Numbered from the stretch's first letter, positions 50,425 to 60,337 are shown. The stretch: 63,073 nt of DNA from Dehalococcoidia bacterium (GCA_040882355.1 JBBEBM010000070.1:1-63073), one strand, 5' to 3'. Notes: a model not told the origin generated them from the sequence alone. A program made the numbers and translations.

Positions 50425-50710
50425 ACAAAACAAATACCCCTCACCCATAGGGGCGAGGGGATCTCGCGGTGCCACCCTAGTTGTCCACCAAAGGCGGACA
50501 TCTCATTCTCAGGTACGGCCCTGGCAATATCGGGCGATACCCTGGGCTCTGCTAACGGTGCCCGCTCCGGCGGAGCCTACTTGGTCTACCCGTTCGGTCC
50601 GCAGCTCCCAGGGCCATTCAGTCGCTTCGTTGGCGCCGGCTCGCACCTTACCCGGCTCTCTGGGCCTCGCTTCGCGACCTACTCGTCCTGTTCGCAGCCG
50701 TTTTCGATCT
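50425..50710 (-). promoter_or_regulatory. T-box riboswitch, Trp (UGG) specifier, with intrinsic terminator
   Basis: T-box AACTAGGGTGGCACCGCG (50482-50465); CAGAGA and GGTGCGA stem I motifs; GAA-TGG specifier (50616-50614); terminator hairpin + TATTTGTTTTGT. Confidence 0.93.
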
Positions 50711-50722
50711 GCGATTGGGCTC

Positions 50723-50752
50723 ACGATAACAGGATGCGAACGGCGCTGTCAA
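50723..50752 (-). promoter_or_regulatory. Sigma70 promoter of the trp operon
   Basis: TTGACA-18bp-TATCGT with TGn extension. Confidence 0.7.
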
Positions 50753-50769
50753 GGTCTCCATGCGCTTGT

Positions 50770-50799
50770 TTGACACTACGTTGCCCGCCTGCCTACACT
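50770..50799 (+). promoter_or_regulatory. Divergent sigma70 promoter
   Basis: TTGACA-18bp-TACACT. Confidence 0.65.
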
Positions 50800-50855
50800 A
50801 CTGACGAGCCGCGCGGCCGACCGGCCCCGGCATCCCGCCACGGAGCACGATTCGC

Positions 50856-51062
50856 ATGGCTGAACGCTCGCACTTCTACGGAATGATCATCTGCGCCACG
50901 ACGCTCGTCGCCGCCCTCTTCTTCCTGGGCGGCGTAATGAAGCGAAGCTACTGGGCTTTGGCCCTGCCAGTCACCGGAGGCTTCCTGGGGGCGCTCTACA
51001 TCGCCTTCTGGATCGGTCGGGCGCTCATCGCGACGCCCATCGAGCCGCCTGCCGACGACTAG
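50856..51062 (+). CDS. Small two-TM membrane protein
   Basis: 68 aa, two hydrophobic helices, own promoter. Confidence 0.7.
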   Translation: MAERSHFYGMIICATTLVAALFFLGGVMKRSYWALALPVTGGFLGALYIAFWIGRALIATPIEPPADD

Positions 51063-52312
51063 CGGGCGCCGTTTCGCTTCGCGCGCACTTCCTGGTACAG
51101 CGCCAGCGTGCGCAGCGCCGTCTCCCGCCATGAGAAGCGCTCTTCGATCCGCCGCCGCCCCCCCTGGCCCAACTCGCGGCGCAGGGTGCCATCGTCAAGT
51201 AGCCGCTCGATAGCGCGCGCCAGCGCGGGCGCGTCTCGTGGCGGCACCAGGAGCCCGCTCACGCCGTCCTCGATCACCTCCGGGAACGCGCCAGCCGTCG
51301 TCGCCACTACCGGCGCGCCGCAGGCCATCGCTTCCGCAGCGGGCAACCCGAACCCCTCGTAAAGCGACGGTGAGACGAAGACCTGAGTCTGGTTGTAGAG
51401 CCGCACCAGCGCCTCCTTCTCCAACCGTCCCGTCAGCGTCACCCGGTCTTCGATGCCCAGGTCCTTCGCCCGGGCCGGCACCACGTACGCGATAGGCCGG
51501 TCCACGACGGTCAGGTGCAGGTCGCGCCCGCGTTCGGTTAGCAGCCCGAGCGCCTCGACCAGGTAGCGAGCGCCCTTGTTGCGGTCGTCGGAGTTACCGA
51601 CGTACAGGATGCTACCCGGCTGCTTCGGCGCCTCGAGCGGCCGGAAGGTGTCGGTATCGACCCCGTCGTAGACCACGGCGACGTGGTCCAGCGGCAGGCG
51701 AAACTCGCGCGCCACGGACCCGGCCGAGTTGTGCGAACCCGTGATCACGCGGTCGATCCTACGCGCGACAATCTCCTGCATGAAGAACGGGTAGAAGCGC
51801 ATCCACTGGATCTTGTCCGCGAAGCGTTGCGCCTGGCGGACGTGGTTTGCCCGGTCGACCTGCAGCGGGTGGTGGATGTTCGCCACAACCGGCAGGCCGT
51901 TCGCCTTGATGAGGAGGACGCCGTAGCCCAGCCCCTGCACGTCGTGGATGATGTCGAAGCGGTGCTCGCTCGCCAGCTCGCAGAGCTTGCGGTACGCCCG
52001 GAAGCTGAACGCCATCATGACCGAGAACATGCCGAGCCTGCTCGTCGTGAGCTCGATGAAGTTCAGCGGATGGAAGAAGCTGAGTGGATCGCGGCCGTAG
52101 AAGAAGAGGCGCTCCGTCTCCAGCAGGCGGTAGACGCTGTACGTCTCGACCTTGTGGAGCTGGACACCCTCGGCGAGCACCGGGTAGGGCGGACCGGCGA
52201 TGACGTGCACCTCGTTGCCGAGCGCGACCATCTCGCGGGTGACGTTGTTGAGGTAGATGCCCTGGCCGCCCGAGTACATGCTCCCCTGGTGGAGCAGGAA
52301 GCACACCTTCAT
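51059..52312 (-). CDS. Glycosyltransferase family 4, paralog E
   Basis: MYSGGQGIY, HDVQ, HHP, SPSLYEGFGLPAAEAM. Confidence 0.92.
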   Translation of the reverse strand: MKVCFLLHQGSMYSGGQGIYLNNVTREMVALGNEVHVIAGPPYPVLAEGVQLHKVETYSVYRLLETERLFFYGRDPLSFFHPLNFIELTTSRLGMFSVMMAFSFRAYRKLCELASEHRFDIIHDVQGLGYGVLLIKANGLPVVANIHHPLQVDRANHVRQAQRFADKIQWMRFYPFFMQEIVARRIDRVITGSHNSAGSVAREFRLPLDHVAVVYDGVDTDTFRPLEAPKQPGSILYVGNSDDRNKGARYLVEALGLLTERGRDLHLTVVDRPIAYVVPARAKDLGIEDRVTLTGRLEKEALVRLYNQTQVFVSPSLYEGFGLPAAEAMACGAPVVATTAGAFPEVIEDGVSGLLVPPRDAPALARAIERLLDDGTLRRELGQGGRRRIEERFSWRETALRTLALYQEVRAKRNGAR

Positions 52313-53604
52313 GCGACCGGCTCCACCCGGCGCAGATCCGGCGGCGGCGCCGGCTCGATGCTCCGGCCGAGCACCTCCTCGTAGAGCGCGATCGTCTCCT
52401 CGGCGGTGCGCTCCCAACTGAAGCGCTCGCGGGCGCGCCGCGCGCCCGCCGCGCCCATCGTCCGGCAGCGCTCAGGGTCCTCGATTAGTGTCCGGATCGC
52501 GCCGGCCAGCGCCTCGACGTCACCCGGCGGCACGAGCACGCCCGAGATGCCATCTTCGACGATCTCGCTCAGCGCGCCCGCGGTCGTCGTCACGACCGCT
52601 GTGCCGCAGGCCATCGCCTCCGCCGCCGGCAGGCCGAAGCCCTCGTACAGCGAGGGCGACACGAGCACCTGGGCGCGGTTGTACTGCTCGACGAGGTCGC
52701 GCGTCGAGAGTCGCTCGAGGAACGTCACGCGGCCGTGCAGGCCGAGCTGCTGCACCAGACGAGGCGCCCCCTTCGATCCGGGGCGATGGACGATTGTGAG
52801 GTGAAAGGGCACCTCGCTCCGCAGCAGGCGCAGCGCCTCCAGCAGATAGCGGATCCCCTTGTTCCGGTCCTCGCTGTTGCCGACGAAGAGCACGCTGTTC
52901 GGCTCGAACTCGACCTCCGGCAGTGGGCGGAACACGTCCGTCTCCACCCCATCGTGAATCGCGCGGATGTGGTCCCTCGGCAGATCGAACGACTCGGCGA
53001 CCGACTGGGCGGACGCCTCGGAGCCGGTGATGATCTTGTCGAGGCGCACGGCAACCCAGCGCTGCATGATCCACGGGTACCAGAAGATGGCGTAGACTTT
53101 CGCGCCGAGGCTTTTCGCCTGGCGAAGGGCGTTCACCCGGTCGATCGCCAGCGGATGGTGGATGTTCGCGACGACGGGGCGCGGGCGCAGCTTCATCAGC
53201 CAGATGCCGTAGCCCAGCGTCTGGTTGTCGTGAATCAAGTCGAAAGGGGCGTCCCGCTCGAGCTCGTTCAGCTTGTGGTACGCTCGCAGGCTGAACATGT
53301 TCAGCAGTGAGCTGAGCGTGAAGCGGCTCGTCGCGAACTCGTACAGGTTCACAGGATGGAAGAAGATCAACGGGTGCGTACGATAGGCGTACTCATCGAA
53401 GTGGTCCAGATAGCTCCAGAAGCTGAACGTCTTCAGCTTGTGGAGGCGGACGCCCTCGTCCTCTGCCACCTCCGGATACGGCACCCCCGCAATCACGTGG
53501 ACGTCGTGGCCGCGCCGAGCGAGCTCTCTCGTTATGTAATGCAGATACACGCCCTGCCCGCCCGAGTACATGTGCCCCTGGTACTGGATGAAGCAGATCC
53601 TCAC
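52309..53604 (-). CDS. Glycosyltransferase family 4, paralog D
   Basis: MYSGGQGVY, HDNQ, HHP, EGFGLPAAEAM; GTGA-overlap start. Confidence 0.92.
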   Translation of the reverse strand: MRICFIQYQGHMYSGGQGVYLHYITRELARRGHDVHVIAGVPYPEVAEDEGVRLHKLKTFSFWSYLDHFDEYAYRTHPLIFFHPVNLYEFATSRFTLSSLLNMFSLRAYHKLNELERDAPFDLIHDNQTLGYGIWLMKLRPRPVVANIHHPLAIDRVNALRQAKSLGAKVYAIFWYPWIMQRWVAVRLDKIITGSEASAQSVAESFDLPRDHIRAIHDGVETDVFRPLPEVEFEPNSVLFVGNSEDRNKGIRYLLEALRLLRSEVPFHLTIVHRPGSKGAPRLVQQLGLHGRVTFLERLSTRDLVEQYNRAQVLVSPSLYEGFGLPAAEAMACGTAVVTTTAGALSEIVEDGISGVLVPPGDVEALAGAIRTLIEDPERCRTMGAAGARRARERFSWERTAEETIALYEEVLGRSIEPAPPPDLRRVEPVA

Positions 53605-54335
53605 CGAGACGGGGCCCCCACCTTCCGCCCGTACAGGACGATGCTCTTCGGCAGCGCGCGGTTGCCGAGCGCGTCCAGCCAGGCGAGGACGCGCCAGTTC
53701 CGGTGCGAGGGGGTATCGAGCAGCCAGCGAAGCGACCGCGTGATCCGGCCCGGCTGGCCCCACTCCTTGTCGATGGCTGAGTGCGCCAACCAGCGCACCG
53801 ACTCCAGCGACTGTTTGTACTCCACCGCGAAGGGTTCAGCGCCGTTGTCTCGTAGGAGGCGCCTGATCTGTTTACGACGGTAGATACGCACATGCCCGCC
53901 CGGCGTGTTGTAGTAACGTTCCGAGAGGCTCCAGAGCAGCCGCTCCGAGTACTCGTCCGGCACGCTGATCACAAGGATGCCGTCGGGCTTCAGCACGCGC
54001 AGCAGCTCACGCAGGACGGCGCCGTCATCGGGCACGTGCTCGAGCGTCTCGGTGCACATGACGCGGTCGAAGGCGCCGTCAGGGAACGGCAGCCCTTCAC
54101 CGCCGCCGACGATCAGCTCCAGTGTCGCGTTCACCGGCTGTTCGTTCGCCGTGATCAGGAACATGTACCAGGTCTTCCGAAGGTCCTCGCGGGACATGTC
54201 GACGCCGACGAGGTCGACTGGGTAACGGCTCAGCTCCAGCAGGTGACGTCCCGTCCCGCAGCCGACATCAAGGATGCGAGCGCCCGGCTTCAGTTTCAGT
54301 TTCGCCGGATCGACGGCCTGGTAGCGATCGAGCAT
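53601..54335 (-). CDS. Class I SAM methyltransferase
   Basis: LDVGCGTGRH, ETLEHVPDD, TPGGHVRIY. Confidence 0.92.
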   Translation of the reverse strand: MLDRYQAVDPAKLKLKPGARILDVGCGTGRHLLELSRYPVDLVGVDMSREDLRKTWYMFLITANEQPVNATLELIVGGGEGLPFPDGAFDRVMCTETLEHVPDDGAVLRELLRVLKPDGILVISVPDEYSERLLWSLSERYYNTPGGHVRIYRRKQIRRLLRDNGAEPFAVEYKQSLESVRWLAHSAIDKEWGQPGRITRSLRWLLDTPSHRNWRVLAWLDALGNRALPKSIVLYGRKVGAPSR

Positions 54336-54340
54336 GCGAG

Positions 54341-55168
54341 CTAGGCGTCTCCGCCGCCCGCGGCCGGTTGCTCGGCGGGCCCGCTGAAGGACTGTGCAAT
54401 CTCCGCCGATGCCATCTGGCCGTTCGCCGATGGGCCGGCCGGCTTGCGCGTGTAGATGATCATGTCCTTCCCGGCGACCAGGTTCGCTACCGACTCGACC
54501 CGTTCAAGCAGCGATGGGCGGGTATTGTGGTACCAGTTGATGAAGCGCCAGACGGTGTGCGGGACCAGGCTCCGCTCGTTGTCCTTGCCGAACGTGCAGC
54601 GGAGGAACCAGTAGAACGCCTGGAATGAATGGCGGTAGCGCGTAAACTGCACGTCGAAGCCCTGCGCGCCGAGGTAGCCGGCCATCTCACCCGGACTGTA
54701 GATGCGTACGTGGCCGCCCGGCGTGTGCCAGTACTCCCACGATAACGTCCAGTTCACCCGCTCAGGCCAGGCGCGCGGCACGCTCACCGCCACCTGGGAG
54801 CCCGGCTTGGCGACGCGGTACAGCTCGCGGATACCGGCCTTGTCGTCCGGGATGTGTTCCAGCACCTCCGTGCAGAGCACCTTGTCGAAGGCGGCATTCT
54901 TGAACGGCAGGTGCTCCGCGTCGGCGAGGACGAAGTCCGCCTTGCCCCGACGAGGCCGCCTTCCAGCCCCCTCGGAGTCCTCACGCGGCACGTATGCCCG
55001 CGCCAGGCGCAGCAGGCTGGGATCGATCTCGACCGCGACGACGTGACACGGCCAGCGCGACGCCTCGACGGTGTGCCGGCCGTCTCCGGCGCCCAGATCG
55101 AGCACCCACTCGCCCTGACCGAGGTGGAAGTGGCGGTGGAAGTCGATGTTGACGATGTTATCGGGCGT
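54341..55168 (-). CDS. Class I SAM methyltransferase (paralog; non-canonical start)
   Basis: LDLGAGDGRH, EVLEHIPDD, TPGGHVRIY; SD GAGGAG 8 nt before ACG 55168. Confidence 0.87.
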   Translation of the reverse strand, partial: TPDNIVNIDFHRHFHLGQGEWVLDLGAGDGRHTVEASRWPCHVVAVEIDPSLLRLARAYVPREDSEGAGRRPRRGKADFVLADAEHLPFKNAAFDKVLCTEVLEHIPDDKAGIRELYRVAKPGSQVAVSVPRAWPERVNWTLSWEYWHTPGGHVRIYSPGEMAGYLGAQGFDVQFTRYRHSFQAFYWFLRCTFGKDNERSLVPHTVWRFINWYHNTRPSLLERVESVANLVAGKDMIIYTRKPAGPSANGQMASAEIAQSFSGPAEQPAAGGGDA

Positions 55169-55182
55169 GGCCTTAGCTCCTC

Positions 55183-56076
55183 TCAGGGACGGCGGGCGGT
55201 GACCCAGATGTGCTGCGCGAAGAAGCGGTTGAGCGGCCAGAAATTGCTCGCCGGCCAGAGGAAGCGCAGCACGTCCAGTGCCTTGATTTCGACGTTGTAA
55301 CGAAGTGATTTGTAGAGCGGCGGATGCGGCGGGCTCTTCAGGCCCAACGTCACGTCGCGGAAGCCGCGCTTGCGCACCGTCGCCGCCAGGCCGTCGGGCG
55401 TCTGTTCGTTGACGTGGACATGGTCGTAGTCGCCCTCCAGCGGGAACGCCTCGCCTTTGGGCAGCATCATCTCGTTGATGAACTTGTCCTTGAAGTTCGC
55501 GGCGCGCGCCAGCCGGAGCACGCCGCGGTGAACGTGCCTGATGTAGTAAGGCCACGTCGTGTGAGCCAGGATGCTGTTGGGGGCGGTGTGGATCACCAGC
55601 CGGCCAGATGGCTTCAGCACACGATAGGCCTCGTCGAGCGAGCGGTCCAGCTCGTGCGGGTAGAGGTGCTCGACGTAGTCGACCATGAAGATGACGTCGA
55701 ACGAGGCGGTCGGAAAGCCGAGCCGCGTGCCGTCCATCCAGACCACGCCGGTCCGCGCGCGCTCCTTCTCGGGAAGCGTCGCCACGACCTGCCGGGTGAG
55801 CTTCGTCGCCGCGGCGGCGTAGTCGAGGCCGATCGCAACGGCGCCGCGGAGCGCCGAATGGACCACCAGCTCGCCGCGCCCGCAGGCAACGTCGAGCACG
55901 CGCTCGCCCGGCCGGACATGCGCGAGGTTGAACACCGTCGCGAGGCGCGGGCTGAGCTCGCGGCCGTTCGTCTGACGGTAGACGTCGAAGCCCTCGCAGT
56001 CGTTGAGGTAGTACTCTTCCGTGTACTCCTCAGGATCGACACGCAGGCCAGCTTCGTCGGGTGCGCTGGTGCTCAT
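55183..56076 (-). CDS. Class I SAM methyltransferase
   Basis: LDVACGRGE, DYVEHL, HTAPN, HVNEQ. Confidence 0.9.
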   Translation of the reverse strand: MSTSAPDEAGLRVDPEEYTEEYYLNDCEGFDVYRQTNGRELSPRLATVFNLAHVRPGERVLDVACGRGELVVHSALRGAVAIGLDYAAAATKLTRQVVATLPEKERARTGVVWMDGTRLGFPTASFDVIFMVDYVEHLYPHELDRSLDEAYRVLKPSGRLVIHTAPNSILAHTTWPYYIRHVHRGVLRLARAANFKDKFINEMMLPKGEAFPLEGDYDHVHVNEQTPDGLAATVRKRGFRDVTLGLKSPPHPPLYKSLRYNVEIKALDVLRFLWPASNFWPLNRFFAQHIWVTARRP

Positions 56077-56215
56077 CCGCTTCGAGAACAGCTCCCTTCT
56101 CCGAGTGCGATTCTAGCATACCGACGACGCGCCCCACGGGCCAGATGCGCTTGAGCGCGGCGGGGGGGGCTGCTACAATCCGCCCGCGCCAACCCTGCGG
56201 CGCTCCGCCAGCACG

Positions 56216-56518
56216 ATGCCGAACGAGACCGCTGAACAAGCCGCCCTGAAGTACGCGCAGGCCGTCCTTGCGGGCGACATGCCCACCGTCCTGCGCTACC
56301 TCTCGCCGGATGCGCTGGGCCAGCAGCTCGAGATCCTCGGCCGCTCGTACTTCCGTTACCTCTCCTACGACGTGGCGCTCCACGCGCAGGAGGGAGACGA
56401 CCACGTCTTCGACATCACCTACCAGACCGACGACGCGCCCATCACCCTGCGCAACCGCTTCCGCCTGGATGGCGATGCGTGGAGGATCATCGAGCTCACC
56501 AGGCCGGACGGCGGCTAA
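56216..56518 (+). CDS. Small NTF2/SnoaL-like hypothetical protein
   Basis: Similar to 23617-23919; TGCTACAAT -10 upstream. Confidence 0.75.
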   Translation: MPNETAEQAALKYAQAVLAGDMPTVLRYLSPDALGQQLEILGRSYFRYLSYDVALHAQEGDDHVFDITYQTDDAPITLRNRFRLDGDAWRIIELTRPDGG

Positions 56519-57777
56519 CGCGCCGCGACTCGCGCGCTGCCCAGCACCTCCTCGTACACCGCCAGCGTCTCTCCGGCCGTCCGGCGCCAGGTAAAGCGCT
56601 CCAGCACGCGTTGGTGGCCGGCAGCGCCCAGCGCGCGACACCGCCCCGGATCGCTCAGCAGCGCTTCGATCGCGTCCGCGAGCGGGCGCGCGTCGGCCGG
56701 CGGCACAAGCACGCCCGTCACTCCGTCCTCGATCACTTCAGGGAACGAGCTGGCGGTCGTCGCGATCACCGCCGCGCCGCAGGCCATCGCCTCGGCCGCG
56801 GGCAGGCCGAAGCCTTCGACCAGCGAGGGCGAGACGAGCACCTGGGCACGGTTGTACTGCTCCACCAGCTCCTCGGCGGAGAGCCGTTCGCGGAACGTCA
56901 CGTAGTCGCTCAGGCCCAGCTCGTCGGCCAGCCGTCGGGCGCGGTGCGAGCCCGGCCACTGGACAACGGTCAGATGGAACGGCACACGCCCCTTGAAGGA
57001 CGCCAGCGCGCGCAGCAGGTAGCGGATGCCCTTCTTACTGTCGTCAGCGTGCCCGACGAAGAGCAGGCTGTTAGGCTCGCGCTTCAGCTCCAGGGGCCGG
57101 AAGACGTCGACGTCGACGCCGACCGGGATCACCCGGATGCGCTCGCGCGGCAGGCGGTAGATCTGCTCGATCGACGCCGCTGACGCCGCCGAGTCGGTGA
57201 TCACGCGGTCGAGGCGGGGCGCGACGAAGCGCTGCATCCGCCACGGGTACTGCACGATCAGCCGTACTCTCCGCCGCACCGTCGTCGCCTCCAGCAGCTC
57301 GTTCTGCTGGTCGAACTCGATGGGATGGTGCAGCGTCGCGACGACGGGCCGGCCGCGCGTCCCGATCAGCCACGTCCCGTAGCCCAGCGTCTGGTTGTCG
57401 TGCACGATGTCGAACGGGCGCTGGCGCTCCAACTCGTTCAGCTTCTCGAGGGCACGCAGGCTAAACATGTTGAGCAGCGAGCCCGCAGAGTAGCGCGTCG
57501 ACGTGTACTCATAGAAGTTCAAGGGGTGGAACAGCTCCAGCGGATGCGACGTCGCGTACTCCTGGTAGCCCCAGAGCAGCGCCGCGAGCCGTCCCCAGTA
57601 GCTGTACGTCTTCAGCCGGTGCAGATGGACCTCGGGCGCCGTCTCCTGGTAGGGCGGCCCCGCGATCACGTGCACTTCGTGACCCATGCGGGTGTACTCG
57701 CGGGTCAGGTAGTAGCCGTAGACGCCCTGCCCGCCCGATGACATATGACCCTGACTCTGGAGGAAGCAGATCCTCAT
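56515..57777 (-). CDS. Glycosyltransferase family 4, paralog C
   Basis: SSGGQGVY, HDNQ, HHP, EGFGLPAAEAM. Confidence 0.92.
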   Translation of the reverse strand: MRICFLQSQGHMSSGGQGVYGYYLTREYTRMGHEVHVIAGPPYQETAPEVHLHRLKTYSYWGRLAALLWGYQEYATSHPLELFHPLNFYEYTSTRYSAGSLLNMFSLRALEKLNELERQRPFDIVHDNQTLGYGTWLIGTRGRPVVATLHHPIEFDQQNELLEATTVRRRVRLIVQYPWRMQRFVAPRLDRVITDSAASAASIEQIYRLPRERIRVIPVGVDVDVFRPLELKREPNSLLFVGHADDSKKGIRYLLRALASFKGRVPFHLTVVQWPGSHRARRLADELGLSDYVTFRERLSAEELVEQYNRAQVLVSPSLVEGFGLPAAEAMACGAAVIATTASSFPEVIEDGVTGVLVPPADARPLADAIEALLSDPGRCRALGAAGHQRVLERFTWRRTAGETLAVYEEVLGSARVAAR

Positions 57778-59054
57778 CGAACCGCCTGGGAGAACGCCGC
57801 CTGCTCGCGCGAGCGCCCCAACACATCCCAGTAGGCATCCGCCGTCTCGTGAGCCGCCCTGCGCCAGGAGAACCGCTCGAGCACGGACTGCCGGCCTGCG
57901 CGGCCGAGCCGTTCGCGCAGGCCGACATTGTTTCGTAGCTTACGAATCGCCTCGGCCAGGGCGCGAGCGTCGCCCGGCGGCACAAGCCAGCCCGTCTCGC
58001 CGTGCGACACGACCTCCGGCAGGGCGCCACCGGTGGTCGCAAGCACCGGCGTCTCGCAGGCCATCGCCTCCGCCGCAGGCAGCCCGAAGCCTTCATAGAG
58101 CGACGGCGACACAAGCAGCTCTACGCGGTTGTACTCGCGCACCAGCTCCGGGACCGTCAAGGACTCGCGGAAGGTCACCCGGCCGAAGAGGCCGAGCCGC
58201 TGCACGAGCCGCCTCGCCTCCAGTGATCCCGGCCGTTGCACGATTGTCAGGTGCACCGGGAGCTCGTGCTTCAGCAACCGCAGCGCCTCCAGCAGATAGC
58301 GAACACCCTTGTTGCTGTCGTCCGGGTTGCCGACGAAGAGCAGGCTGTTCGGCTCGCGCCGGATGTCCAGCCGCCGGAACACGTCGGCGTCGACCCCGAT
58401 GTAGACTACGCGGATGCGGTCACGCGCCACGCCATAGGTGCGCTCGATCGCCTGCGCCGACGCGTTCGAGTCGGTCACGATGCAGTCGAGGCGGGGCGCG
58501 ACGAAGCGCTGCATCAGCCATGGGTACTGCACGATCGAGGACACGCGCCGTAGCGCGCTGCGCAGCTCGGCCAGGTCAGTCTGCTGATTCAGCTCGCGTG
58601 GATGATGCACGGTGGCCACGACCGGTCGGCCGCGCGCCCTCATCAGCCAGACGCCGTAGGCCAGCGTCTGGTTGTCGTGGACCAGGTCGAACGGCCGCTG
58701 ACGCTCGAGCTCGTTCAGCAGTTCGAGTGCGCGCAGGCTGTACACATTCAGCAGCGACGAGACGGTAAAGCGGCTGGTCGCGAACTCGAAGAAGTTGAGC
58801 GGGTGGAACAGCTCGAACGGGTGGCGGTCGGCGTACTCTTCATAGCCCCAGATCATGGCCGCCAGCCGTCCCCAGTAGCTGTACGTCTTCAGTCGGTGGA
58901 GGCGCACCCCCGGCGCCACGTCCGGGTACGGCGGCCCCGCGATGACCTCTACTTCGTGACCGAGGGCGGCGAGCTCACGCGTGATGTAGTGGAGATAGAC
59001 GCCCAGGCCGCCTGAGTACATCTGCCCCTGGGCCTGGAGGAAGCAAATCCTCAC
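57774..59054 (-). CDS. Glycosyltransferase family 4, paralog B
   Basis: MYSGGLGVY, HDNQ, HHP, EGFGLPAAEAM. Confidence 0.92.
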   Translation of the reverse strand: MRICFLQAQGQMYSGGLGVYLHYITRELAALGHEVEVIAGPPYPDVAPGVRLHRLKTYSYWGRLAAMIWGYEEYADRHPFELFHPLNFFEFATSRFTVSSLLNVYSLRALELLNELERQRPFDLVHDNQTLAYGVWLMRARGRPVVATVHHPRELNQQTDLAELRSALRRVSSIVQYPWLMQRFVAPRLDCIVTDSNASAQAIERTYGVARDRIRVVYIGVDADVFRRLDIRREPNSLLFVGNPDDSNKGVRYLLEALRLLKHELPVHLTIVQRPGSLEARRLVQRLGLFGRVTFRESLTVPELVREYNRVELLVSPSLYEGFGLPAAEAMACETPVLATTGGALPEVVSHGETGWLVPPGDARALAEAIRKLRNNVGLRERLGRAGRQSVLERFSWRRAAHETADAYWDVLGRSREQAAFSQAVR

Positions 59055-60337
59055 CCCACCGCCTCAGGGAGCGCCCGGCTTGCCGGCTGCCTTCGGCCGA
59101 GCATCTCTTCGTAGACGGCGAGGGTCTCCTCGGCCGCCTTGCGCCAGTTGAAGCGTTCCAGGATCGCCTGACGCCCAGCGCCGCCCAGTCGATCGCGCAG
59201 TTGAGCGTCGCCCATCAGCAACTTGATCGCATCGGCCAGCGCACGCGAGTCGCCCGGTCGCACCATCCAACCCGTCTGATCGTGGTCGACGATCTCCGGG
59301 AACGCCCCGCCCGTCGTAGCGATTACGGGCGTCCCACAAGACATCGCCTCCGCCGCCGGCAGACCGAACCCTTCAAACAGGGATGGCGACACGGCGATCG
59401 TCGCCTGGTTGTAGAGCCGGACGAGCTGCTCCGTCGAAACGTGGCCCATGAAGTGCACGCGAGACCACAGCCCGTACTCCTGCACCAGCCGCGGCACCAG
59501 CTTCAGCCGGTCCTTCTTGTGATCGACCAGGGCGAGCTGGTAGTCGAGCCGCTCGTCCTGGAGCAGATGGAGCGCTTCGATCAGGTAGCGGGCGCCCTTG
59601 TTGCGGTCCTCCGAGTTGCCGACGTAGAGGATCAGCCCCGGCTGCCGCTCGACGCCCTCCAGCGGGCGGAACGTGTCGGTGTCGATGCCGTTGTGGATCA
59701 CGCGCATCCGCGCCGGGTCGAGGTCGAACGCGCTCTGCACGGTCCGCTGCGACGTGTGTGAGACGACGATCACACGATCGAGACGCCGCGCCACAAGCTG
59801 CTGCATGTGCCAGGGCGACCAGAGTATGCGCCTCGCCTTCTCGTACAGGGTGCGCGCCTGGCGCAGCGCGTTCTGCAGGTCGATTGTCAGCGGGTGGTGG
59901 ATCGTGGCCACGACCGGGTAGCCGGACGCCTGCATCAGCGAGATGCCATAGCTCAGCGTCTGGTTGTCATGCACGATATCGAAGCGGTGCGTCCGCGACA
60001 GCTCCTGCAGCTTCACCCACGCCCGCACGCTGAACGTCAGCAACAGCGACGACAGCGCGATCCGCGTTGAGACGAACTCATAAAAGTTGACGGGATGGAA
60101 GTGGGTGAGCGGGTTGCGCTCGAAAAGGAAGTTCTTCTTCTCGTGATGATAGCTCCAGTAGCTGTACGTCTCCAGGTTGTGGCCGATCACGCTCTCATGG
60201 AGCTCCGGGTACGGCGGCCCCGCCAGCACGTGGACCTCGTGGCCCATCCGGGCGAGCTCACGTGTGAGGTAGTACAGGTAGACCCCCTGGCCCCCCGAGT
60301 ACATGTTGCCCTGATACATGATGAAGCAGATCTTCAT
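59051..60337 (-). CDS. Glycosyltransferase family 4, paralog A
   Basis: MYSGGQGVY, HDNQ, HHP, EGFGLPAAEAM; TGCTAGACT -10 just upstream. Confidence 0.92.
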   Translation of the reverse strand: MKICFIMYQGNMYSGGQGVYLYYLTRELARMGHEVHVLAGPPYPELHESVIGHNLETYSYWSYHHEKKNFLFERNPLTHFHPVNFYEFVSTRIALSSLLLTFSVRAWVKLQELSRTHRFDIVHDNQTLSYGISLMQASGYPVVATIHHPLTIDLQNALRQARTLYEKARRILWSPWHMQQLVARRLDRVIVVSHTSQRTVQSAFDLDPARMRVIHNGIDTDTFRPLEGVERQPGLILYVGNSEDRNKGARYLIEALHLLQDERLDYQLALVDHKKDRLKLVPRLVQEYGLWSRVHFMGHVSTEQLVRLYNQATIAVSPSLFEGFGLPAAEAMSCGTPVIATTGGAFPEIVDHDQTGWMVRPGDSRALADAIKLLMGDAQLRDRLGGAGRQAILERFNWRKAAEETLAVYEEMLGRRQPASRALPEAVG

